Assembly: GCA_000934665.2 (NCBI GenBank)
Contig: JYFJ02003558.1
Span: forward strand, 1 to 40,189
Length of the DNA stretch: 40,189 nucleotides
Direction of reading: 5' to 3'
Source: Catajapyx aquilonaris
Taxonomy: Eukaryota
Under the pieces are notes generated by a model that searched no databases, was not told the DNA's origin, and was given only the letters and a program-made list of their open reading frames with translations. Below, piece by piece: positions 23,401-34,900 of this stretch. Numbering within the stretch: position 1 is the stretch's first letter; the number at the start of each line of letters is the position of its first letter. Made by a program: the position numbers and the translations under genes.

Positions 23401-26400
23401 GTAATATTCCTTAGTTGTGAGGTGTAGAATATACATGCAAAGTTTGTGATAACTTATAACTTTACAAATATAAAAGGATGGCTGAGATTTTCCACAAACA
23501 AGATCTTGAAAACATTCCGACATTGGTAAAAGAATATGAAATACTCACTGCTTAGTGACTCCACCTAGAATGCTAGCCACCCATTGTTTAACTTGCTTCT
23601 CCCCAACTTGTTCTCCATGCACCTTCACAAATCGACTCAAAGGTGCAGTCACCTGCACAACATACCCACAGGCCTTTGTTGGTGGGTCACGATTTGTGCG
23701 TCTGAATAGTCGTGGTATATCCCCAACCTGTCGCAGTTGAACACAACAGTCTTCCTGGATCAGACTCGTTATTTCTACTGCCACCAAAGGGCAAGTTGAC
23801 TCGACTGTCTTGCCTGCCTCAGACATTCCTTCATTGATAATGCGGCAGTCAAATTCAAATGTGCTCAACTTCTCAAGCACTATGTCTGTGAGGCCTGGTA
23901 TGCCGTTAACAACCTGCTTCACATCTGCAAAAAGGCACACTAGCAGGTTGAGTTCTCCCTTTTTTCTTGATGGTTTGTGATCAGCTTTTAGCTTTTCCAG
24001 GGTGTCACATATCCATGTGCGATAGCGAGATAAGAGCTGGAGTGTCAGCTTCCAGAACCTGTCACAGTAGATAAAATTATACGAGTACTTGTACACATCA
24101 TCTTGACTTCATCCCACACAAGTCAAACAACTACCCAGATTTGTTTTAAATAGTTTAGGCAGCCACTTCTGCATGGTACACCATGACCACCCAAACAAAT
24201 TCAAACAGATCACGACAGTTGTCCCTCACATAGGGCCCAAAGTAACAAGTATGTAAATGTAGCTAATACAGGTAGATGAATTCCATAACTCCTGTTGTTC
24301 AGACTACTTACATCTGATGCTCATTACCCAAATCCAAAGACAAAATCAAATATGTTCCAGTGATATCTTAATCGCATCTGTAGGTCCCAATACAAGACTT
24401 CCAATTAATTTGAATTTAAAATTGTCATGTATTATGAAGCAGCTGCAATGACATAGTCATCACAATAACTGGATGCCTTGCTATTATTTTCATGCCTCTA
24501 CACCTTTTACTTGTGACTGTTTATTGTTTTACTTTTTACATTGCTTAGGAAACATCTGTCAGTTGGACAACCACACAAATCATTAACCTTGAATGAATTA
24601 TTCACAAAAACGTCCTTGACTTTAGAACAACCTTGATGCAAATGAACAAATGAGAATTTTAAGTACTCCTAACCCTTGATTAGTATAGCCAGAAGGCAAG
24701 CATCAGGGAAGTGCAGCTTGCCCCTGCTTCAAATATGATTTTAAAAAATACATAACACCTCATTTAATGACTCTTTGATCACACATTACAAGTTTTAGAT
24801 CTCATTTCAATGCACTCTGCAAAGTTCAGTGAATGCAGGTTAATTAGCATATTTAAAATTAGATGCCAAATATTTACCTGAATAACCTAACATTTATAAC
24901 TTGGACTTTAGAACAGTCAGGTAGGGACACTTGTAATTTAAATGATACCAATTCTCATACTCTCATACGTTGCTCACCTGTGTGCCATTCCAGGAAGGTA
25001 TATACCAGAAGCCCAACAGTCATGGATACACTTCCAGAGTGTCCTAGACACAGGGTGATGAAATGATGCTCCCTCGTGACTTGTTAGGGATAATGAGGAG
25101 TCTTGATCCAACTCATACATAGATAATTCTAGAGCACCACCAATCTCTTGGAATCTGTAATTGAGGGCATACTAATTTCTTCACGCATTAAGGACACCAA
25201 ATTTATGGGGATCAGAAATGGATACAATTTTATTTCAAGGCAGCTTCCTGACAATAAGTTTTAAGAATTTCGATTCAAGTTAAATAAGTAACACAGGAAG
25301 TCTTTATCACATGCCTGAGTTGCATTCCATTTAGATCCAGTCCTCCGTCATATAATGACACAATCAAATAATAACAGCCAATCACTTGCCATAATAACAC
25401 AATGTTGTAAAAATATGACATGCAGGGTGGCACAAATCCCAAGTTCAAGAGTGGGGCTAGGTAAAGAAGTTATAGATTATTTGAAGACCTTGGGGGAAGA
25501 ACAACCAAGGTCCACTTTTTGTCAAAAATTAGTTAAATATCTCAGAAGATAGTTTCACTAGTGCAGAATATGATGGTTTGGTCGTGGTTGTGGAATAATG
25601 ATCATAGGTCACTATGGAAGGCCCAGAAAGTGGGATTTTAATAGAACCTTATGGGCCTTCGAAATTTGAAATGGCAATATCTCAGTTTCACATGACGTGG
25701 ACCTTGATCGTTCTTCCCCCGAGGTCTTCATTTAGCCTTCCACAAGTGTAAAGAGGAACAACTAATCATTCAGATTATTTCAATGGTTTTCTTCTCTTTA
25801 AGCTGGTTGCTGGGGTTTGAAAAAAATCCATAACTTCCTCACCAACTTGAACTAAGGAGTTCAGACATCACATTGTCCTTTATAATGGGGCAATGTATAG
25901 GCCTACTTATATTGTGAAAGATTCTATTAGGGTCAGGCAAATGAAAGTGGGCCAGTCAGCCATATGTGACCAAGTTTGTGACTATATTATACAGTAGTGA
26001 CTCGTCAATGTCTCTTATACACACATCCAAAAGAAATTGGTTTGTTGTTAGAGCAAGATTCGTTGGTAAAAAGCCAAACATCACCCCCGAGATAAGAATT
26101 GAGACTGCTATAGTAGCAAAGAATGAGAATTGATACAGTTCTTGGCATTAGGAATAGAGAGGGAAAAAATGCACACAGTAGCCTGAAGGTGATATTTGCA
26201 TAGTATCATGTGTAACTGACAACCATCAAGAGATGGAGGAAACAATTTCTGGCAGAAAAGTGGCATCCTATCGCATGCCCTTATGGTGGTTGGGCCCAAA
26301 TTGGTCTATTGGGATTCCATGGGTGCCTCCCCAGTTGTCCAGATGTCAACCAAATGGTCCATGGGTATTTCCTGGCATTTCTTACTTTGTGACTGGCAGC

Positions 26401-29400
26401 ACCAACTTAACCAACTCAACCTCTCAGGTTAATCGCCAATTAGGTTGGCCAGATAAAATTTTCACAAGTACAATGACAAGAGGCACACACTACATATTTG
26501 AAACTGAATTATAAATGTTCATACTCCCCATACAATGTGGGGCTATATCAGGGGTTCCCAACCTGGGAGTCGTGGCCCCCCAAGGGGGCCGTGAGAGGCA
26601 TTGTACCATATTTGGTGTTTTGTATTAATATTGCGGGGAAATTTCTTGTATTGTTTGGCTGCTTCATTAAAGATTTATGTAAGGTGAAGTGGGGTAAGTG
26701 CATACACGGGGTAAGTACATAAACTGGCCGCCATATTGGAATGAAAATGGCTGACATGCTCACCTCTTGTGGGGATGTGATGTGCAGCTACACAAAAGAG
26801 TGCCTGACGTGTTTTGGTGTCGTCAGCCATTTTCATTCCAATATGGCGGCCCCGTGTATGCACTTACCCCGTGTATGCACTTACCCCACTTCACCTTATG
26901 TTACTTTTGCAAGGGGGGCCGTGGAGAAATTTTAGGTGATTTGAAGGGTCGCTGGTGCAAAAAGGTTGGGAACCCCTGGGCTATATTAATGAAACGAATG
27001 CCATCATAGAGATGAAAGTGTTCAAAATGTTACTTCCCGGCATAAGCACTTGATATCGAATGCAGATGTAGCCCATCAACTGGAGAGGAAGCATTGATGG
27101 ACGAAGGAGTTTACAGCTTAGTCAAGATGGTGTCTGCCTCAAAGTAACAAATGCTTGCCTATTTACAATTAACTTATGTTCAAATATGGATGACCAGCTC
27201 CCTTTCATTAGCCTGATCCTTGTAAATATAATTAATCATTCATTCAATTAACTAATAGTAAAAGAGTTTCACCTGATCTGAAAATAAACAGGAAGGTTCC
27301 AGCAGTCCAGGAAAGCTTTGTAACTAGGATGACTTCTCAGCAGCTTAACACCACTCTCTGTTCCACAGCAGACTTCAAACTGATGCAAGAAATCCATAGT
27401 CTGAGTGTAGCGCTGCAACAATATTTGCATTGTTATTACACATTCATGCTGAGAAGCCTGCCATTTACAAAGTGTTTAGAAACTATCAGGTACTGTCTAT
27501 TCCATCTCAAATGTGATACACCACCTTGAGAAGTCTGTTTAAGAACGATCTATTCAACAATGATGTCATGCCTTTACAAATCTGGAGGGGCAGGGGGTCT
27601 GTGCAATGTCCCTTAGACTTCCACAATGAGCTTAGCAAGTTTATGTTATGGTGGAACACAGGTGACCTACATTTTGTTTGTCATTTGAGAAATTGTATAG
27701 CCAGTAAGTAAAAATAAATTCATACCAAAAAAAATTCATCTGACATCATTAGATGATTCTAGTGCAAAATTGAATAAACCAAATCAGGGATTAAACATTG
27801 TAAAGCATCTGATGGAGGGGCTCTTTGAACCTGTCATATGGTGCAAGTGAGGGATAGGGGTTATCATCCTATTCCAGTTGTAAAACAATTTTGTTGTGCA
27901 AAAGTGTTGTTGGAAGGTAAATTACAGGTAGTAAAGCACAAGTAGTGGGGGGCATGGCTCCATCCAGTATATTGTGATGCCAATCCAAAGTATCATTACT
28001 CAGAGTGTTTCTCAATAATGACGTCACATAACTGCAACTACAATGACATAGGCTAATTAAGCTCCAATCATGCCTGCGACTTCAAGTACACTCATCCAGT
28101 TCTCCCCTCATTCTTCCTAATAAAAATAGCTTGGGCCACATATAGGCAATAAAATCAAATGGAAAGTATATCAGACTGCTAACCTCAAAGAAGAGGTCCG
28201 GATTTCCAGGTGAAAAAAGGACTGCAAGCCTCTCCTGCACTTTGGAGGCAACCTCCACCCACACTGAATTGACCATGAAGTTGAATCCCTTCACCTGCTG
28301 TCCTTGGCCTTTGCCCCTCCCTGCTTCAAGAGTGACAGCAGCCACTTCCCTCATACACGCAGGCACAAAGTTTAGCACTCTTGCATAAAGGCCCCTAAGT
28401 CCCTGGGGGTCTGAGTTCAATGATTGCTGAGAGATGGCTTGGTCCATGTAAGGACGAACCACTCGCTGTTGGAAGAGGTGCTCTGCCCTGTGAATTCGAT
28501 CAAGTGAGGCATATACCCGTAGGCATCGACACAGATCAGGGATGCTTTCCCGTCGAAGGCTGTCTGTGAACATGCGCTCTGTGCTGTGGTCAAGAATGTT
28601 GGAAATTTCCTCTATGCGCTGGAAAGGACAAAAGTGAGAGGGTATGTTAGAGGAATTAGTAGTTAACTTGAGACAGGGAAAGCTCAGCTGTACGAATGGC
28701 TTGAAACATTTGAGCAAGGAATTAAATCACCACCACCATCATCATCATCATCACCCCATTGCAATTTAGTGTCTTCACCTTTCTCAAAAATTAGTTCATT
28801 CAGTCTTTGTTGCTTATATTTGACATACATCATGCTACTAATGTGATGCAAATGTGTATGTCTGCAAAAAGAAAGGTGATCTGCCACCCCATTAGTTTGT
28901 GAGAACCCACTGTGACACATCCCTACTTAACCCCTTGAGCCCCAGGCACCTAGAATCTAGGCTCTGAGAACTTGACCTCCAGGTATCAGCTATACCTCCA
29001 TCACCTAGATTATTTTTGCTTCCGTTCCACTTGCAAATAAGGACAAAATATTTTACAAATAATAACAGCTATACTTTTACATTCATGCTCTACAGTCTAC
29101 ACAATGCATGTGTCGGAAACAATTTTACTCACATAGAAGTCCGTAAATTAATTTCCAAAAAGATCGCCGCATAGTATACCCGCTATATTTCCACCTAGAT
29201 TTCCTCCTATATTTTCTCTTGTTCAACTTACAAGTGCTCTGAAGGTAAGGGCAAGATATTTTACAAATAGTAATGGCTATACTTACCCGTTCATGCAAAA
29301 CACAACTTATGTATTGGAAACAATTTACCTTGGCTATAAGTCCGTAAATTAATTTCCTAAATGATTGCTGTAAAATATGAAAATCCAAGTACTACTGGCC

Positions 29401-31499
29401 AACTGTTAGGGTGATTTAATTATGAAATAAGTTAAAATATACGGAATAACAATCTTGATAACCATTCCAGAAGACTTTGTTAACATCATGTACTCTCCGA
29501 GAAATGAATGAATACTTTTCTGCGACTTGCCCGTCACTTCGGATTACTCCCAAATTTACTTGTTTCTTGAAAAGTACAACGATTTCAGTAAATCCATTTG
29601 GCACCCTTCTCAAAATTGTTATTCCGTATATTTTAATGTATTTATTAATTTATTAAATCAGCCTAACAGTTGACTGGCAGTACTCAAATTTCGGGTTTTT
29701 ACAGCGATCTTTTTGCAAATTAATTTAAGAACTTCTATGGGAGAGAAATTGTTTTCAACACATTCACAACGTTTTCCCTGAATGGGTCAGTAGAGCTGTT
29801 ATTATTTGTAAAATATCTTGTTCGTATCTTCAGCGCACGAGTAAGAGGAAAACTAGGCGGTGGGGGCATAGCTGGTACCTGGCGGTCGAGTTCTCAGTGC
29901 TGAGATTCTAGGCAGCTAGGGCTCAAGGGGTTAACTTACATTTCTGGAAGAGTGAAAAATCAGGACTCATGTTTCTTTGGTTTCTATCCAAAATTGAAAA
30001 AATTTCAAAGGAATTGTTCTGATTTTTAGAGGCCACCAAAATAAGGCCAATTTCAATAATCCCCAGTCAATAGGCCTACATAGAATCACTTCTCATCCCC
30101 TTTTTCTGCCATATTACCTTCTTGATAATATCCGTCAGGTATTCATGTGGACATTTGTCAACACAGAACTGCAGCTGATTGAATTCAGAGGCCACCCTCT
30201 CTAGCAGGTCTGGCTCCAACTGCAGGGAGCCACCACTACCTTGCTGCCCTTCACTTGGCCTTAGCAAGCGGTCCACCTTGTTGAGGCACGTTACTATTTG
30301 CATCACATTCTGCAAATTGCTCTTCTTTTGGCGGAGAACCTTGCGTTCTTCCAGATGTCCATTCAGTTCAGCTTTTGTCTCTTCTATTGCAGCCCTCACA
30401 TGCTAGAAGTCAAGACGCATCATGAAAAGTGAAATAACACACCTAACAAATTAAAACAAAAGAAGGTGGCGAAAACAGTATTTTTATAGAAGTTGGTATC
30501 ACTTACCATAACTTCTTCTTTGAGTTGACCCAGTGGAACCTGCAGTCCAGCAATGGCCTTGTCCAATCCTATCAGGTTGGAGGACAAGTTAACAAAATCA
30601 GCATAATCTTTGTTGATCAGCTCTATCATGGCAGAGCGAAGAATCTTCAGGTACACCCCAAGATCATCTCTGAGAGTCTCAAGTTGAACTTGATTACGAT
30701 GGTCCTGGATGAACTTGTCCACGCTGAAACCATCCTGCAAACAGGCAATAATTAGCATCATTGATTAACCTAACATGATTAGCATGTACCCCCGCGAGCA
30801 TAAAGATGGAGACGGCAGGCCCTTTTTTGGCCTTTCTTTATCCGGCTCAAATTAATGAACTATTTTTTGGACCGAGTTTGCTGCTTCAAGCGTGTGTTCG
30901 TGTATTTATGACAGTATATTTGATACCGTAATTGCTGAGATTGACAGAGCAGCCTGCCGAAGGTGAGGGCCGGCCGTCTCCATCTTTATGCTCGCGGGTG
31001 TACAATAGATTAGCAATGCAGATATGATATTTTAGGTTCGAAGAAATCTCAAAATTCTGCCTGAAAATTATAACCTAGTCTTCAAGGTTCTGCATTTCTG
31101 AACTGAAAACTGTGATTGCAAGTAGTAACATAACTTTAAATCTCTAACAGACCCTGGACATAGCTGAAAGTTGCCCATTATGGAACTATAGGTCCTGGTG
31201 AAGGATTTTCTATGGCCTGCATGTACCAAGTTATCTGAGCAGTGTATTCTGATACAGTATTACACCAAGAACACATCATTTGTCTAATTGCTAACACTGG
31301 TCACTGCATTATTGGACTTTTCTATTGATTTTAAATTAATATAAATCCAATAGGTGCATGCAAGTGCATGTGGTACACTTCAAGCAAACCAGCAAATAGC
31401 TGAATAAGTCACCTTAACAAACTCGTCTCTATCGAAGCAGAGATCCGACGGGGCCATGGGAATCAGGAAACTGCTTCTGTCGTTAGACTTCATGGCCAT
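20354..31499 (-). CDS. COG2: Conserved oligomeric Golgi complex subunit 2, complete 9-exon gene, 713 aa
   Basis: complement(join(31413-31499,30507-30734,30118-30402,28184-28618,27273-27412,24978-25154,23549-24058,22381-22561,20354-20452))=2142 nt; GT-AG, phases consistent. COG2 motifs: LCFDRDEF, LRDDLGVYLKILRSAMIELINKDYADFVNLS, FSPGNPDLF, WNLPVYFQIRFQEI, HRFWKLTLQLLSRY, DIPRLFRRTNR, MEESLRRLKKAR, DDDKIRRQL. Confidence 0.96.
21064..21353 (+). mobile_element. tRNA-derived SINE, family 2
   Basis: Box A tggtctaacgg, box B ggttcaaatccc, (TAAA)n tail; 15-bp TSD taattgtttataaca (21049-21063, 21354-21368). Confidence 0.9.
21459..21750 (-). mobile_element. tRNA-derived SINE, family 1
   Basis: Colinear with 3932-4216; 17-bp TSD ttagcagcataaaaata (21442-21458, 21751-21767). 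Confidence 0.9.
22010..22300. repeat. Degraded GC-rich inverted-repeat element
   Basis: Paired blocks ccccacaactccca / tgggagttgcgggg, agtctccgcc / ggcggagact, ccccacaagcatct / agatgcctgtgggg. Confidence 0.55.
22381..22561 (-). CDS. COG2: COG2 exon 8
   Basis: tgcag| YYSSVSDVLTSIQRMEESLRRLKKAR...DVEAFIIE |gtcagt. Confidence 0.95.
23549..24058 (-). CDS. COG2: COG2 exon 7
   Basis: gacag| FWKLTLQLLSRY...DIPRLFRRTNR...GGVTK(Q) |gtgagt. Confidence 0.95.
24978..25154 (-). CDS. COG2: COG2 exon 6
   Basis: tacag| FQEIGGALE...CWASGIYLPGMAH(R) |gtgagc. Confidence 0.93.
25483..25729. mobile_element. MITE with ~33-bp TIRs and 4-bp TSD (Sola-like)
   Basis: attt|gaagaccttgggggaagaacaaccaaggtccac ... gtggaccttgatcgttcttcccccgaggtcttc|attt. 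Confidence 0.78.
26549..26978. mobile_element. hAT MITE in COG2 intron 5
   Basis: TIR caggggttcccaacct / aggttgggaacccctg; perfect 8-bp TSD ggctatat. Confidence 0.92.
26681..26897. mobile_element. Foldback MITE nested in the hAT MITE
   Basis: aaggtgaagtggggtaagtgcatacacgggg...gccgccatattggaatgaaaatggctgac pairs with its reverse complement at ~26822-26897; flanked by atgt/atgt (or TA/TA). Confidence 0.85.
27273..27412 (-). CDS. COG2: COG2 exon 5
   Basis: tgcag| RYTQTMDFLHQFEVCCG...WNLPVYFQI(R) |gtgaaa. Confidence 0.94.
28184..28618 (-). CDS. COG2: COG2 exon 4
   Basis: tccag| RIEEIS...CLRVYASLDR...FSPGNPDLFFE |gttagc. Confidence 0.94.
28931..29930. mobile_element. piggyBac-type foldback element (TTAA) with long imperfect arms and an internal duplication
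   Basis: ttaa|ccccttgagccc ... gggctcaagggg|ttaa; inner arm ends aaaatatacggaataacaat / attgttattccgtatatttt; block ~29000-29170 repeated at ~29190-29360. Confidence 0.85.
30118..30402 (-). CDS. COG2: COG2 exon 3
   Basis: tctag| HVRAAIEETK...LLERVASEFNQLQF...DIIKK |gtaata. Confidence 0.92.
30507..30734 (-). CDS. COG2: COG2 exon 2
   Basis: tgcag| DGFSVDKFIQ...LGQLKEEVM |gtaagt. Confidence 0.95.
30789..31000. mobile_element. Tc1/mariner MITE (TA TSD) in COG2 intron 1
   Basis: ta|cccccgcgagcataaagatggagacggc ... gccgtctccatctttatgctcgcgggtg|ta. Confidence 0.9.
31413..31499 (-). CDS. COG2: COG2 exon 1
   Basis: MAMKSNDRSSFLIPMAPSDLCFDRDEFVK |gtgact; the start could be either of the first two ATGs. 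Confidence 0.88.
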
Positions 31500-31864
31500 T
31501 CTGGTATGATAATCGCCTTTGTCGTTATTGTCGTCAGACAAGAGCTACCTCATCTGCATTGCACAGCACCATCACCTTACGTTCACGACAACTAAATTAC
31601 ACGTAGCGAAATCTTGGGAACTGCCACCGAGAACATTCGACCACTGTCATTACAACAGACACCGCGGATGTTGCACCGAACCAAACGACGACGTCTAAGC
31701 TGTTCCGGCAATGGGCGCAGCCATCTTTCTTTTCTGTCGTGGCGCGCGACTGTTGCCAGATGAACTCTCCATATGTGTTGCCAGACCAAGAGGAAGATGG
31801 AACGAGCGCCGGAGTGAGTCAACGGGCATCCGACGAAACCAAATCGAATGGTGAAGAACTGAAG
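31500..31864. promoter_or_regulatory. Bidirectional promoter and 5' UTRs shared by COG2 and DNAJC17
   Basis: Only 365 bp separate the divergent start codons; CpG-rich relative to the flanking introns and with no recognisable TE. Confidence 0.75.
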
Positions 31865-31945
31865 ATGGCCGGCAACAAGAAGCTGGATTTGTCCCGGGAT
31901 CTCTATGGTTTACTTGGAATAACGAAGGCTGCTACACCGCAGGAG
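31865..31945 (+). CDS. DNAJC17: DNAJC17 exon 1
   Basis: aagATGg [27 protein letters not shown] |gtacat; an in-frame upstream ATG at 31760 is also possible. Confidence 0.88.
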
Positions 31946-34900
31946 GTACATAATGCAGTTGTAGATTTCAGGTTTTATGGGGGATTACTAATTGGAGGGA
32001 TTTTTCGGTTGTTCATTGACCTGAAGGAATCTTGTTTATTGAAATAACAGTGGGCAGGCCACATTGATCAAACAAATCAGTGAGAGTTGCCATGGTGGAA
32101 GTTTTATATCTTGATTTGGCTAGACCACAGAGAGGTGATTGGCCTCCTGGTACCATATCCAATCGCATGCTGGTGTTTTATTGATATTTTGGCAATTGAA
32201 ACTCTGAATTAAATAATAGGACTTGTACATCATGCATAGATCTGTTGCAACCAGTAACGGATGTTGACATTTAGGGTACGGTACCATATTATATATGGAA
32301 CATTGCCAACTGCACTCCTTGGCCTGTAATTAATATGGAAGAGGTGCATTACTCTTAATAAAATCAGTAACAAGAGCCTGTACCCTTTTGATTCCCGTAC
32401 ATCAAGGCTGCACTTGCATTGCAGAAGTAGTGTTTCCAACTTTAAAGATATTACCACTCAATTATTAGTCAACACCTTATTTGACATCCCCAGAGAATGT
32501 TGAACATTCGCTGGTTTATGGGTCAGAAAGATGCACAAGTCCAAAAAGCATCTCATATTGATTGTGGTACCATATTTCTGATTGCCTCTTGCTCTCACCA
32601 ATTCATGGCCAGTAGAAACAACCTATCATGAGAGAGCATGATTGACACAGGAATTAAGAAGTGCATTAAAATCCTAAGTTGAGAAATTTCAGCCTCAAGA
32701 AACTAATAGTTTTATAACTCCCATTGTATATATATATTATTGTTTTTTGTTTTTATTTTACCCCGTGATAGGGCAGAGCCCTTTTAGGGGGGGTGGCATA
32801 CCACTGTCAGTTTTCTTCGATTTATAACTCCCATTGTATATTGTGTATAACAGATGTTGATCATCATTAAATCTTACAGATCAAGAAAGCGTATCGGAAG
32901 AAGGCCTTGACATGTCATCCGGACAAAAATCCTGACAACCCTAGAGCTGCGGAGCTTTTTCACGAGCTCTCAGCTGCCTTGGAGATTCTTTTAGATTCAT
33001 CAGCCAAGGTACATGCATAAGATCCTAAAGGCCATTAGGCAAATGACTAAGCTTTAAATCTGATTATATCATGTAGAATGAAAGTTTACCCATATTCTAT
33101 TGGTGAAAATATTGCATACGTGCTTTTAAAGAATGGGATTCACTACAAACGTTATAGTCATCTGAATCTGAACAAACTTTTGTCCTACATGGTTTTTGTT
33201 GTACACTAGAAGGAAATCTAGACCATTGGTAAATTATTATTTCTAGGCTGCCTATGACAATTTGGTAAAAGGGCATGAGGAAGCTCAGCGAAGGACCAGG
33301 GAGTTAGACGTAAAAAGGCGCAAGTTCAAGGAAGATCTTGAGGCCAGGGAAAAGGCTGCCAAGCTAAATGCTGAGAGGGCCTTTGACTTTACGAAGAAAA
33401 CTGATGAGGAGCGCTTGCAGGTAGTAATGATAGACATCACTTAACCGTAAAACTTCATTGAGCCTATAATTCAATGTGTTTACTCCTAAGCATAATGTCA
33501 TTGTACTTGCCACTTAAATATTGGCATTATCTTCATCAGGATTGGGAATTTTACCACTCCTGCTTTCTTATTGGCTGCCAAGTACATACTTCTCTGCCTC
33601 AAGGCCCCAGTACATGGCTGGACATAATAGTAGTCCCTTGCCAATTTTTCCAACACGGGCGGCATGAATGGGGATAGCTCCTTGCACCTGGCATACTGCC
33701 AGAAGGGCAACGGAAAATTAAAGCCCTGCAGTGATCAAGGAGTTGAAGCTGCCTTATCATGCACTTGTTATGACAGTCAGCCCATGATGCATGCTACAGT
33801 ATTCTTGCGATTGTTGCCACTGTTTACAGAGAGTGAGTGACACAGACCACCCACAACAGGTCTGTCTGCTTACACTAATAGTGTATTGCATTGGGATGAG
33901 GGGAGATTATTTTGAGAAATTGCTTTACCAAGTTCCCATGATGACTCAGGATTGAGGGCCGGTTGCACCAGTCGCGGTATATGAAAAACGGCAGGTTTTC
34001 ACTCCGATATACCGCGAGAAGTGTTGCGCCACCTACGGTTGTTCTAAAACGGCCCGTTCTCCCTCCCATTTACCGCCGGATCCATCTACCCGCCGATCCT
34101 GCAGCACAAGTTGCTTATACCGCGGGTTTATGGGTGTTGTCATGGTTGCGGACTGGTGCCAGGGATTTTGTGTACTGTGTGACACCATTGGCACCCCTGC
34201 CACATGGTTGCCGTAGATACTAGACGACTAGCCATACTTCCATGACGTCTAGCCATACTTCCATGACGTCACCGTGACGTCACGGGTGCTGCGATCCAAT
34301 CAGCGCTCTCCAAAATTTTTGCCCGCTTACGTCTCTCATGAGCCAGCGTACTACCGAAAACCCCGCGTTTATCTGGACCGGTGCAACGCTATGGAATAAA
34401 CCCGCGGTTTTTCATGGCATATACCGTGTACCCACGGTGCAGGGTTTTCCCATATACCGTCCCATATACCGCGACTGGTGCAACCGGCCCTGAGTTTCTG
34501 AATGGTTGGGAACGAGTCCCTATGCTCTTTTTTCCCAATTTAATATAAGGTCCACACTGACTTCATCCACTCCCAATCAAGGCCAGGGGCATGAGACATA
34601 AGAAAAGGTGTTCCTGTGGTCGGCAGTTGGACTCTGCCATGTGTAGTGCCCAGATGACAAGTGGCTGGATCCCCATTACATCTTGCCCCAAGAGCAATCC
34701 AGCAGGATCACCATCACATTCTGGAGGGTAGATGAGTGTGGATGGAGTTGGAGAACTGGTTGAGGTGTCACCCAAGATAAACTCAGCGAAGTGTGTGTGC
34801 ATGCTGGAGGAATCCATGCTTCCTTCAGTGCGGGTACTCAACCCTGAGGAGGACATGCCTACTATTCACCTTGTAGATAACAGCTCTGTCCATACCTCTC

